From Paragordius varius (taxonomy: Eukaryota > Animalia > Nematomorpha): a DNA stretch of 64,000 bases. The notes under the pieces are model-generated. The model did not search any database, was not told the origin of the DNA, and worked only from the letters and a program-made list of their open reading frames with translations. Of this stretch, positions 13,701 through 26,602 are shown piece by piece. Each line of letters begins with the position of its first letter. Positions within the stretch are counted from its first letter, which is position 1. Both the position numbers and the translations under genes were made by a program. The DNA is taken from contig OZ176055.1 of assembly GCA_964247055.1 (NCBI GenBank), forward strand, positions 6,882,001 to 6,946,000. The letters run 5' to 3'.

Positions 13701-14940
13701 CAATAATATTATTACGAAAAAATGGATAAAAGTTTCTGAATTTTTTGGTTAATTTTAAGGGGATAATAATTTGTAGATGTTACCTAATCCCACACCCCAT
13801 AAAAAAAGATGAAATTTACAATAATTTTTTAGCAAGGTTTGTTAGATGTATGATAATAAGCTAACAAGAGGTTTAGCCTGTTTTATGATATGACACTAAT
13901 ATCCATGGAATTAAGAGAGAAACTCTCAAAAATGGAATACATTTATTAGGCTATATTTTGTATTTAAATAATGAAGCAAAAGTAATTAAAGTAACAGTAA
14001 AAAATGTTACTTTCTGGCTTACATAGATTTTATTTGGTAAAACAAACCTTTTTTATGGGACGTTTTTTAAGCGCGATCGCGTATGCGAGACTTAAAAGAC
14101 CGCTACAAAACGATAATAAATAAAAAGTTAAAAGTAGCTGGGTAAATTAGAATTTCAAGCGTGTTGTGACATATAATTGATTTTAAAAAATAATTTATAC
14201 AGTAAGTTGTCGGACTTGGAATGATATGTAATCCACAGAAGTGGGATATGAAAAAATCCGATGTAAGCCATTTAAATGGTACAGAAATAAAAATGTTTAA
14301 GATAATGTGTGTCTAACAAGAGACAACGTTAAAAATAGATATATTCATGGAAGCTCGGATGTTAAACCGAACAACCATGTCTGGTTTGACACATTGAAAA
14401 GAAGGATTCTCATTATATTAACACTATAGACATTTACATAGTTGAAGGGAAGCGAGGACATGGGCGTTTAACCAGTTAAAAGGGCACATATAAGAGAGAA
14501 CTGGGAAATTAAAAATTTATAGCTGAAGACGCTATAGAGTTTTATGGCAGGACAGGTTTCACAGAATCGCTCTCAGAAGTAAAAACAGGTAAAAAAACTT
14601 TTAAGCATATGTAGTACTTTGATATTATATTACCGTTTTGAGCAAAATATAATTATTAAAACTAACTTTCGAAAAACGGTTTCTTGTGTACCGATAACGT
14701 ATATATCATATGGATAGGAAGAATTATTGGGTTGAAACAACATATTTCGAATTGTCTCTGATTTAAATGCCTAAACATTAATATTGTTTTACTTCGGAGG
14801 AGGCGCACATATTCCAACTTAAAATGTAAAGGGTAAATTTATTTTCGATTTTTTGTAGTCGAGCCCGATCTTCAATATATTGTTTATAAGGACCATAGAA
14901 AAGGTAACTAAATTTTCATGTTATAATACCAATCATTCAT
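10766..14940 (-). CDS. INPP5E: Inositol polyphosphate 5-phosphatase, INPP5E-like (~413 aa, 11 exons)
   Basis: Exons 14940-14930, 14907-14793, 14770-14667, 13656-13532, 12918-12799, 12473-12345, 11964-11794, 11507-11392, 11245-11013, 10960-10911, 10833-10766 have consistent phases. Motifs LSWNM, DIYVIGTQE, RTKGSL, FLFINSHF, DHIFWFGDFNFRI, FPPTYKYD, RVPSYTDRI, SDHKPV, GIKK. The first 11-nt exon is the least certain. Confidence 0.88.
11991..12292. mobile_element. Tc1/mariner-type MITE family A (TA|CAGTAAAAATT..TTATACGGACAAA TIR); other copies 12482-12719, 35591-35855, 40198-40488, left end at 43826
   Basis: Recurrent ~30-bp inverted termini flanked by TA, with homologous interiors. Confidence 0.75.
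13800..14600 (+). pseudogene. Old decayed RTE LINE 3' fragment in an INPP5E intron
   Basis: Frameshifted fragments VVGLGMICNPQKWDMKKSDVSHLNGTEIKMFKIMC, TRDNVKNRYIHGS, VWFDTLKRR and IVEGKRGHGR match the RTE C-terminus (VVRPAMLYGSECW..TEMKMLR..VEGKRGRGRP). Confidence 0.7.
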
Positions 14941-15026
14941 TATGACCCATTTAATATTCGATTTTGAGGGAATCAAACGTTATCAAGGTATCATCCAGGT
15001 AAAAAACATATGAACCCTGATCAATC

Positions 15027-15357
15027 ATGATATCAGATGAAAAACTAAAATTTCAAATTCCAAAGTTTGATTGGAATTCAGAAGGGCAAAGCCTGTTTGT
15101 GTATGATACCAAACAAGATGAATTAAACGGTGAAACTGCCAAAGAGTTCATATCAAATATTATAAATCCAATGCAAAGGGAAAATTTGAGTCAATTATAC
15201 TGCTATGTTTGTCGGAAGGTAGTCAAATATCATCAAGTATAATAACTTATAGCTAGAGCATCATGAAAGCACACTTCATCAGGAAAACTTGAAACAATTA
15301 TCAAAACATCCAAATTATATTGAACTTAAAAATTATATTGATATTCATTATCCATAA
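15027..15357 (+). CDS. Small (~102 aa) zinc-finger protein with weak GPANK1-like motifs
   Basis: The ORF from 15027 plus a 22-nt intron (15237-15258) gives YCYVCRKVVKYHQ-HHESTLH (C-x2-C-x8-H-x2-ST-x-H). ELNGETAKEFISNII resembles the GPANK1 N-terminal motif. No ankyrin or G-patch exon found. Confidence 0.5.
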
Positions 15358-17022
15358 AATGTTATTATGGATTTTATATTATATTATAAATATATAATAT
15401 GGACCATTTATATTGCATGTTTCCATGGTGAATAACTTTTGCATTTTAAATTCACATACAAAATTGTTTGCGTTAGCCCCATGCAGCTCTAAAAGTTTTT
15501 TTATGGCCTATAATTATTCTTTTAATTTTTAACTTATTTATTAAATAATATCTGCTTATTTTTCATATAGCTATGCATATTTGTCGTTAGTTTACAGGGA
15601 ATAGCCCTTGAGACAAAAATAATGATTTCTGTGGTCCTTATTTTTTTGGTGAGCCCCACTTATTTAGGCTAACCAAAAAAATATCTCATTTCCTCCTGCA
15701 GAAGACATACAACATCTTCCCTCGCATTTCATATAAACGTAAAAAAATATTTCATCAATTAGATTAAGTTAAGTTTTTAACTTAACTTAAAGTAACTGTT
15801 TAAAATAACAGTTTCAAAATCGTTTTTTACGCTCTACAATCGGGTACCTAGTTAATTTTTTACTTTTTTCAATTGAACAAAACCTTTTTACATATGGGTT
15901 TTTCAACAAAAGTATTGTTTCGATTGTTCAAATATTTGACTTTATACATTTTTAGCTTAAAAACTTTGCCGAACTATCTAACATAAACCCACGGAACACA
16001 ATAGATGCGAAAAATCGGACGGTAATGTCAATTTAAAAGGAAACTATAGGCAAAAAAATGATTTCGTAGGACCGAAATTGAAACGGGTTCTTTGATTCTA
16101 TCTACAACACTTTGTTATGCAAAAGCTATAAGAATTCTACCCTTCTACCGCTTTCTCTTGTGTAAAATAAATAAATCGATAATTAATATTAAATTATTGT
16201 AGTTTATATATCTAAAATTATTATAAACTAATAGGTTATGAAAGTTTGTAATATATTATAGAAAACTAATTACAGTTGACATCATCCAAAAATTGCATAG
16301 ATCAATCCAAAGAAATGTTTTTGTTTCTTTATCAAATGACAGGCTCAAGCAAACCATATCAAAGAAAATACATATATAGAATGAAACAATTTTTTATCAT
16401 TAATTAATGCCAAAGGAAGTTTTTTCATGTAGTCACCTTTTTTAAAGTCATATAAATATCGCTAAATTAAATATAGATCTAAAAGTATATGATTTAATAA
16501 GTTTAATGTAAACAATTATATCATATGATAATTTAATATTATATTAAGATCTGGATTGTAACGCACATAAATTTAAAATTTACTGTATTCTTACATCCAA
16601 CATAATTGTAACACGTGAAGGAAAATCATATATTTAAGATCTCTTTCATTTCATTTTATATTAAGGCGTTGTAGTCATATAATATACCTTTGTTGTTTAG
16701 TGAGAGATGTCAATTTTTTTTAAAAAAACTTTTTAGCTATCCAAACACATTTTAGTGGATTTGATATTTAGGTTTTAAAAGTTTTGTCAAATAAAATGTT
16801 CAATAAATTCCATTTATATGCTAATGACGAATTATTTTAGTTTGATAACATCTACATGTTTGCGAGAAATAAATTGTTTTACAATCCTTTGAAATGATTT
16901 ATGTTTTGATAAATGGCCATGCATAGAGGAGGTCAAAAGCACTATATATTTATATAAATAAATGATTATAAATTATATATTTATTATATTATGGTACTTG
17001 CCGATTACTTATTTATCTATAT

Positions 17023-17160
17023 CAGGCGTTTTCAGCACAAATGGCTTCACGGCTGCATTTTTGGATCGAAGAAATCCGACGGGCATTCGCAAGACTAACA
17101 AATATTTTTTTAAATTTTAAACAGAAGACTGGCCCGCGGACGACATGTTGGACACTCTTG
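17023..17160. mobile_element. Buster-type hAT MITE (CAGGGGTG[T/G]CCAA TIR family); other copies 47749-48032, 29826-31826 (interrupted), fragments at ~8120, ~15650, ~45160, ~46970, 62340
   Basis: TIR-like ends with near-identical 8-bp flanks and a central TA: atctatat/atctaata here and gtttagat/gtttaatt at 47749-48032. Confidence 0.65.
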
Positions 17161-19951
17161 ATCTAATATTATAGAATGTTGGCTTTGAAGCAATCCATAA
17201 AATGTTTAGGATTCCTTTAATACCATGACGAAAATCATTCAATATTAAAGCGACTACCTTGGGCGAGCTACTTTTTTGAAATAGCTACTGTGTTTCGTCT
17301 CTCCTGTGTGAAAATAAGAGTCCTGAATGTAAAATCTGCTATCAAGTATCGAAATTGTGACTATTAAGCATTTAAACAAGGTCCCTTTGAAATTTAATTA
17401 TAGCTTACATTTCTTTTAATAATGCATCTATTAGAGATATTTATAGATTGTTTTTGTTAGCCCTGCTTAAGTTATATCATCATATTTAAGAAAAAATATA
17501 TTTAGATTGTCAGTTGCTAAACATAATAATATCCCATATATTGGTCATAAATTTTTAAAAATTGCAGATATTCTTTAATAATGTTCAGTATAAAGAAAAA
17601 TATATATATGGAGTAATGCCGCTTTCAGTTACTACTCATCATATCTGTCTATATAAAAATGTAATAAAATTGGTTTTGAAAATTGATATTCCCCAAGCAG
17701 GCCCATTCACATAAGATGATGCAATATTTTTCAATCAAATCGTAGAACCTTTTTAAACCAAATTCATATAAAGATTGTGCTATAACAATAATAATATGAA
17801 TTTTTATATGAATGTTTTGATACAATTAAAATAAATTAATTTACATGCGCGTTTGTATAAATGGAAATTAAATAAACGGAAAAGCGCGCACAGGGATGAT
17901 GGATGACTTTTTATTTTCATATATGTTTAAACTGATATTTTTTCAGATTGAACATTATTAACCCTTTTTTATGCGGTTTTATTTTGGGGTGATTGTATAT
18001 CCCAGAGCTGAAACCTGTAAATTACTGTTTTGAAAGTTATTGTGGTTAAATATTGATGATTTGTATTAGGGGAAGCTTTTATTTTTAAGTTTTGTAACTT
18101 CCAGAGTCCCGAATTGGGATAGCGCCAAAGCACGAAACATTCCAAGTTCATTAAATAGGACAATGCTAGTAAAATATAAAGATTTAAATTTTTCATTATT
18201 ATAATCTGCTTGCCAGTTGTGTTAGCTAAATAAAACCAAAAAATGGTAGCAAGGTTAAGGTAAATTTATTTTACTAAGCATGCGCTTGAAGGGCTAATAA
18301 AAACTTATTTAAATTTGGCCCAATAATAATTTTATTTTAAATGGCTGTGGAAAATCAATCTAAACTAAATAGTAATGAAGTAATAAATTTATTATAGATA
18401 TTTGTCTGGATGCTTAGATATGTATAAATATACTGAAATAAAATTGGACAAACGGGACATTTTCTTTTTTTATGAGCACCAATTTTTAATACGAACAGGC
18501 CTATTTTTACAAAAAATCAAATATCATTAACAATAGTTGTTAATATATAGAAAAATTTAGTTTTAACATTTGAATACCACCCTAAATCAATACTTAAGAT
18601 ATTTTTTGTGTCAAAGACTTTGAAAATATGTTATAGTTTTAACATTAGTTCTTCTGACGGATTTAATCTCACCAAGAAAAGTTTTTATGCGTTGAAAATA
18701 CTTTAAAATTTAGTTTTTATGAGAGATATAACCATGTAAAATAACAACATCAAGTTTTAATGTTATATAATAATTTATTTCATGCCAATTTGATTGATGA
18801 AAAACTTTAAGAAATAAATCATATTGAAATTTTTTATTTATATTAGGCTTACGTATTAATAAAATCAGTCAGTTGTATTGTTTAAAATTTGGAAAAAAAT
18901 GTTAACAATTTAATATTTGGATCCGAAATGCAGTTTTTGAATTTCCCAGTCATTTTCGGACAACGGTTTTCATAAAAAAATCTGCATATCAGAATTTTTG
19001 AGTTTAGAATAATATCATTTTTGGAGTCGCATTTTTTTCAATTTTAAAAAATATCAAGTAAAATTCGAAAAATAATGAAATCGACTTTTAGCTAAAAATT
19101 ATATGCTGTGTCTCAATATGCTCTTTTCTGGTAAAAAATTGAATCAGGATTATTATGAGTCTTTAAAAATCATTTTCATATCAATAGCTCAAAAACGAAA
19201 AAGGCAAAGTTAGGTCCAATTTATTTTTTTGGTAAAAGCACACACCTGTAATAAACATAAAAGTTATAGAGGTACCAAGTGAAAGCACAATATTTTACAG
19301 GAAATCAATTTAACCTTGACCGAACTTACGCCAAAACTAAATATCGCAGTTTATAGAAAAGTTTTATTTATTAAGATCGTCCTTGACTTCACCAACACAT
19401 TCATTGGTACTCGAATAAATTTTTATTTTTTTATTATTGATATCCATAAGAATTAAAAGTTATCAGGTTAATATTAAGCGTCAAATACAAAATTCTCTGC
19501 CACTCTTGGTTATGTATATCTAGCGTTTCTTTCAAATTTTATTTTTTGGTAGGTGCAAATTCCTAATCATGAAATCAAGGATTAAGGATTTAATTGATTT
19601 ATAATTAATAGTGACGTCAAAATAAAAAATTTGTATGAATGCTGGTCTAAAGACTAATAACTTTCTCACATCTTAAACCTGACGGTTTACAATAATCCGT
19701 GCAAAAATATTTTTTTTCATTTTAAAGCCCCAATTATATAATTTGATTGAAAGTTATTCAAATAAAACCCGGCGAATAATATATTCTATTTGTAAATATT
19801 TAATTTTCCGAGATCCGAAACCGGTGCTTTAATTAGTCTGAACCGTGATACACCAATTAATATAAAAAAATAAAGAATTTTTGTTAACTGTTAGGATAGA
19901 TCTTGCATCTGAACATGCATTATTTCAAGAATGAAGACTGAATTATACAAA

Positions 19952-21196
19952 TAATGTGTACTGCAAAAAACTTTTTAACATAATAATATTTTTTCATGAG
20001 ATAGCTTATGACAGGCGTATTCATTTGCCGCAAAAATTATTATTTGTTGACGACCTAGTTTTTGAAATATTGAGAGAAAATCGAAATGGGACAAAAATTA
20101 AAAATTAAGGATAATTAGGGATAATTCAAAAAATAATGATAAAAATTGAGATATTATGGTTTTTTTATCATTTTATGAGATATTACCAATATATAATTAG
20201 CCTAAAATCATATAGTAGGGTTTCTAAAAAATCTCAGGTCAAAAGATGGCTTTTTTCCTTCTAACACACCTAAAAGACAAAAAAATTTTTATGAAACTAT
20301 AGTAAAATAATTTTTTTAGTATTATTTACTAGCTAAACTCACTATTAAAATCTTAATCATATTTTATTCATTAAAATACTTATATATCAAAATAAAACCA
20401 AAAAATATTGTTTTGCATTTTTCCATTTTTTGTCAACTGGTTAATGAGTGTATAAAAAATCTATACTGTTTTTTTTGGATTACATGAGTAAGAATAAAAA
20501 AGTATATAATTTATGCAAAATATAACTTAAAAATAGTGGAATATCAACCAACAATCCTTACGAATCCCTGTAACAAGTTTGTTTTAAAACATTTTTGTTG
20601 GGATTTGTACGGATTGTTGGTTGATATTCTACTACTTTTGAATCCTATATTGCAAAAATTATATACTTTACGATTCCCACTCATGTTCCAAAATAAAACA
20701 GTAAAAAAAATTATTCACTCATAAACCAGATGACGAAAAAATGGAAAAATAAAAAACAATATTTTTAGGTTTTATTTTGATATATAAGTTTTTTTTACTG
20801 AATAAGATATGAATGTTAAGATTTTAATATGGAGTTTAGCTAGTAAATAATTAAAAAATTATTTTACCATAGTTTCATGAAAAAATTTCTGTCTTTTAAA
20901 TGTGTTAAAAGGAAAACGCCATCTTTTGACCTGAGATTTTGTAAAAACCCTAACTATAAGATTTTAGGCTATTTATATTTTGGAAATATCTCATAAAATG
21001 ATAAAAAACATCTCAAATTTATCATTTTTGAATTATCCTTAATTTTCAATTTTTGTCCGATTTCAATTATCTCTCTATATTTCAAAAACTAGGTCCTCAT
21101 AAAATAAAAATTTTTGCCGCAATTCCCTGGTCATAAGTTATCTAATGAAAAAAAAATTTTTGCTAAAAAATTAACGCTCTATTTTGCACACAGTGT
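19952..21196. repeat. ~1.25-kb foldback palindrome (two ~620-bp inverted arms, centre ~20585)
   Basis: The arms can be followed segment by segment, e.g. ctcaggtcaaaagatggc vs gccatcttttgacctgag and ctagctaaactc vs gagtttagctag. The right end ttttgcacacagtg is Tc1-TIR-like. Confidence 0.85.
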
Positions 21197-21205
21197 CTAT
21201 TAAAA

Positions 21206-21651
21206 CACTTGGATACAACGCGTTTATTTTAGTCCTCCGATTCAAGTTGGGCTCTTTGGGACGCCCGGCCTGGTTATTATCGAATATTTGACGGATTTAA
21301 ACAATAAAAGTTTGCATTATATAATATTGACGCAATTACAAACAAAAAACATTAAAAAACTTGATATTACTTTATAGATGAACTCACGATAAAAAGTCAA
21401 CATAATATGTATGGCTTCAGCCAAATATAAAAATAATGCAAAATGAACCACTTATATTTATCAATGTATGTGATTTAATATAAAATTAAGTTTAATTTTA
21501 GCGTTAAAATTAAATAAACATGATATTTTGCAAAATTGTTGTGAAATAAAAATGGCAAACATTTTAACGATTTTAATTAGAGTAGAAGCATTTTAAGATG
21601 AAACCGTTTCTTTCACTTGTGACTCTTAGATCACCAATTCGAATCAATGTG
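21206..21651. mobile_element. piggyBac-like MITE family I; better copy at 41228-41785, right end at ~35146-35246
   Basis: TTAA flanks and CAC..GTG termini. TIR CACTTCGATTCGAATTGGGGTATCTAAATACCCCAG at 41228/41785. Confidence 0.7.
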
Positions 21652-23177
21652 TTAACACAACAAGAAAGGGTTTTTAATAACCATACACCCAATATATATG
21701 ATTTTTAATCATTAATATATGTATATATATATCAATACTATAATCCTTTTATTGACAAAAAATATAATATCCGTCACACTTATTAATTTTTTGCAGAGAG
21801 ATATTTAATTGTGTGCTTTGTTTAATCTCAATGCGCTCAAAATATATTATTTTACTATTATTATATTAGCCAATAAATATCAACAATAATTACATCTCTA
21901 AGATAAAAAGATGAAAAATTTAAAAATTTTTTGCATTAATTAATGTAGAATAGCGCGTATGAAAAACAACACAACACATACAAAATTGCAATTTTTTCCC
22001 AATGTTTTAACATTGATTTTGTTTTTTCAATTATGGAAAAACTTTGTTTTATACCATATGCTACTGTATATATCTTTTCCATTAATTAATCATTTATCAA
22101 ATTACTCCGTCTTTATATAAAGTATATGTATAATTTTGCAATAATGACAGTTAACATATGCGATGATATATACATATACCAACATTACATTGTGATACAA
22201 TAAACCTTACATTTATACGTTTTAAAACATATTATTCGTATCTTCAAAATTTTTAAGGTATTTTAGTTATTTACACATTATCGTATTTTTTTATTTACAA
22301 TCATCACATTGATATCCAAAATTTTATTTGATTTATTGTACTGCACACCATAACATCGGTTTCATTTAGTTATTTTAAATACATATCCCTTTTTTCATAC
22401 ATGTATCATGTGTAAATAACTTTTTTTTAATTTTTTATAAAATTTCGGCTTACGTACATATCTTTTAATTAATTATCATAATTATTTTAATGGTTATTCA
22501 TCATATCTGTTTCGGTATTAGTAAAAATTTTCAGATATATTTAACTACCAAGATTTTTTTTCATATATAAAAAGAGACTTCAAAATATATTCAACATTTT
22601 TGGTTGTTTTTAGTCTTTACAAAACTATGAAAAATAGAAAAGATTCCTCAAACGTTGTTTTGTTGACAAAAATGTAAATATAAAATAATAATTTATTCCA
22701 ATTTTATAAATAAACAGATAATGTTTATGTCCCTTACTCGAATAACTTTGATGATATTATGATATTGTATAATATTAATAATGATTATATCTACATCGAA
22801 TTCATATATTTTCAATTATTCAATTTGTCAAAATTATAATTTTCGTCAAAAAGTTTTCGATTTTGCCACACCGAATTTCAAGATATGTTTGTTGAATCCC
22901 CTACTGGTTTCATTTTAAACATTATTTATATTTGATCTCACAGGAAGGAGATTCAACGTTTATGTTTTGCAATATGATCATGAAAACAGATTTATTGCAC
23001 TTGAATGATTTTTCTAAATTTTCTTGACTTTACAAAAAAAATTTATGCAAATTCACATCATTCTCGTAAATATCAAAATCGTAATATGTCCGCTTGGAAT
23101 CATAAGAAAAATAATTTAATCCATACCAAAACATAAATTACATGCCATAAACAATTAACCGAGTGCTCTGTGTAAAA

Positions 23178-26100
23178 ATGTCATCGCTTAACAATAGTAG
23201 TACAATGCCCATCTTCGATATTCAAAATATTTTGACATCTCCAACAACCCAAACTTATTATAAAAATAATCAAACTTTCAACGACAATATTAAGAACACA
23301 AGTTATTACTATAATGAAATGTACCACAAAACTCATTTATACAAAGATTGGCTCAGATCATTCCCTGGGATTCAAGATTATCAGGCTCAAGAGACGGCTT
23401 TTCTCACCTGCATGAAAAATACTGTGATACCTTTTCAAAATACTTTGGGTGGTCAAAATAGGAGCTTTAACAAATTACCTGGCATTATCAAAACTCAGAA
23501 TACTTCGTCTTATCAAGGTATAAATTTTGTGTAAATTTTCATAACATAATTTTTTTCATAACATAATTTTTAACAATAGCTCAAAGGTTTGTGCATATTT
23601 AAATTTTTACACATCAAATACCAGGAGTATAACAGAACTGTTTTTAAAAAACCGAAATCCTTTAGAAACAGTATTCCAATCTAAAACAGTATTTCAATCT
23701 AATACTTTTTTTAATTTTTTACAATATAAATGCTCTCGGAAACGTTTTCGAACTTTTTAAAAAATTTGAATCAGCTTCCAGATATTGGCAGGATTTATAT
23801 CATTTTCAAATAAAAAACGATTTTACGAAATGCTTGGGATTTCTGATCAGTTCGCTATCATAATTTTTTTGATTAAATGTTTTTTTTAATTTTTAAATGG
23901 CGCATCATTGTTAACACTTCAATTACGATTTCACTTTTTTGTCCTAATACCTTTTGGGTTAGTTTTATATCCCAGAGCTTAATTTTGTAAACAACTATTT
24001 TTGAAAGTTATTTTAGTTAAAATTTAATTATCAAATAATGTTCTGCATTAGATTAAAAGCTTATAATTTTTACCGTTTTGTGGCTTCTAGAGTCTAAAAT
24101 TGGAACAGCTACAAACAGCTGATATAAATCAAAATTATCAAGTTTTTGCTGGTAAAACGCAGCCGAATACTTCTTTAGGCTAATTATTTACATTTTATAA
24201 CCATAATATAAATTTATTGGTGCATGAGCGATTTAAAAAATTATAGAAAAAAGACGGCAAAAAATTTTGAGATGAGGATTTTTTTTACAATTTAATATTT
24301 TTTTAAAAAAATTTGTATAATGCGCCTTAAAGCGTAAAGAAAGCATTATTTCAAATTCGGATTAATACCTTAAATACTTTTTAAGATTAAATTTCAATCG
24401 CTTTGGAAATAAAACACTCCAAAAAGTTATGGAATGTTAAACCACTAATGTTTGGAACTGTTAGATTAATTTAAATACTGTATCTAAAGGGTTTTGTTCA
24501 AATCCCTCCTGGGCAAACATTGATATATTTTTTATATATAAATAAATGCTTAACCTAATTAATAAATTTCAATCATCGTTTGAATTTTTAAGCGTTGTAA
24601 ATTTTATTGTGTTAAAATTTAGTCCCAAAAGAAAGATTAATATACAGTTAACTATATATATATAAATACCTAATTATTACCCTATTTTATATTTGTTAAT
24701 TTAGCGATTACCTTTTGTTAATTGATTTGTATTTTTTGCCATTGATCATATATACAGTAGCGTATGGCATGAAATAATATTTAGTTTATAGAAGAATAAA
24801 AAAATGTTTTATAAAAAACAAGGGGATATTATAATTATGTATCTAGACTTAGGTACAACTAGGCTTGTTTTTTTAAAATTACATTTTTTTTATTTTATGG
24901 ACTAATATTGTTTTATGCCATACTCTACTGTACATATATTCCAATTTAGATTTCATATTTTTTTATCAAAAAAAACTAATTACATATGAATTTGCAAATT
25001 AATTTTTTTAATTATAATTTTATGATGACGGACAGAGGACAATTGCGAAAACGATATATATACGTACTTTTCCCGTTTGTAAATCTCACAATAAAAATCA
25101 GAAATGATATTAAAAAAATTTTTTTGAAAAGGCGGTAAACACCGCCATCAATTTTTTTGATTTATATTAATATATATATTGTAACATTTTCTGGCCAGTT
25201 TCAACATAGTGTAGTGTTTTAGAAAATATGAATGTTCCTCGGGAATATTTATCATTAATAATTAATTGACATAATTTAATTAACAGTGGAAAAAAACTCA
25301 TATATTTTGGTTGTTTTTATAGTTTTTTTAGACAAAGGAAATGCGTGGAATTTATAATAATATAAGTATATAATAATTTTGATTAAAGAATTTTAATTAT
25401 TTTTAAAAGTGTCCCTCAAGATCCATTTTAACAAACTGTTTTCATCGATGAATATTATTTAAATTTGTATAGCAACTGTAAGAATATATAATAATTATCG
25501 ACAGAATTCATAATTTTTATATTTTAATATTATTTTTTTAGATCAAAAATATTTATGGATTTATAGATAAAAAATTAGATGACAACAGGAATAAAGGGTG
25601 GTTGTTCGCTTATGTCGCCTTTGTCAAGACTATTATATAAATAATACTATATTACCAAAAAAAATTTTTTAAGGATGCCACTGCGCGCGTTAATTAGAAT
25701 AATGTGCTTAATAATCTAATTATATATCTACTATTGTTACTTATCCTTTGTTCTTTGCCTTTCCCCGTTCCTCGACTAATAAATATATGGTTAATCTTTT
25801 TAAAACTAACTAATACTTTTATGAAAATATGGCGTATATATATATATAATATATATATAATTAGAAAAATCTTAATACAGTTAGTTAGTTGCGGTTTATA
25901 TATGAAAATCAATAAATTATAGTAATGTCATAATAATATGGTAGTATTTGTTTAACAAAAAAGTAAAAGTATGCGACACTATGTGGTTTAATATATATTA
26001 TTTTATGAAGAAATAAAGTAGAACCTATAAAAATTTGGCCTATGTGCGCAACATTAAATTATATATACTCATGTATGTTAAGAAATCATTAACATTTTTG

Positions 26101-26556
26101 TTTCCGATTTCCGACATCGATTGATTGTAGGAAATTTTGACAGAAATGCCATTTTTTCTATTAACAAAGGTAAAAGTAGTAAGGGAATGAGCTAGTTAAA
26201 AAGTGAAATTATACAGGCAAAAAAATGTAAAAACTAAAAAATAAATATTTAGATATAATTCATTGTAAACTTTTTAATTGGAATATATGATTTTAAATTG
26301 TAAAAATATATGGTTAATGGACTAAAGATTGGGGGTAAAAATAGTTGCCTTTTGAACAAAAAGGATTTGTCTTTTAGTGTTTACATTTTGTCCGTATATT
26401 TTCAAGTTTTACTGTTAAAAAATAACCCTATACAAATTAATGTTCGTTCCATTTATCATTTTGTCAGAGTATTGGATCATACAAATCTAATTTATATTCT
26501 TGTTTCATTCAAACAAATTACGCGTTTCTAGGAAATTGGCCTAAAAATTTTAAAGA

Positions 26557-26602
<46 letters not shown>

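Noticed and set aside
15237-15252. 16-nt intron
   Set aside because: In frame, but the 22-nt alternative matches the intron mode and the finger spacing. It cannot be excluded without reads.
22090-22380. Minus-strand Cys-rich fragments (YQCDDCK, QCNVGIC) as a piggyBac C-terminal domain or zinc-finger gene
   Set aside because: Scattered over frames with stops, and no catalytic-domain motifs were found nearby. Too weak to call.
23163-23534. Homeobox gene first exon (FDIQNIL resembles an eh1 motif)
   Set aside because: No homeodomain exon was found downstream. The N-glycosylation sequons, Cys-helix and matching splice phase fit the GPCR ectodomain better.
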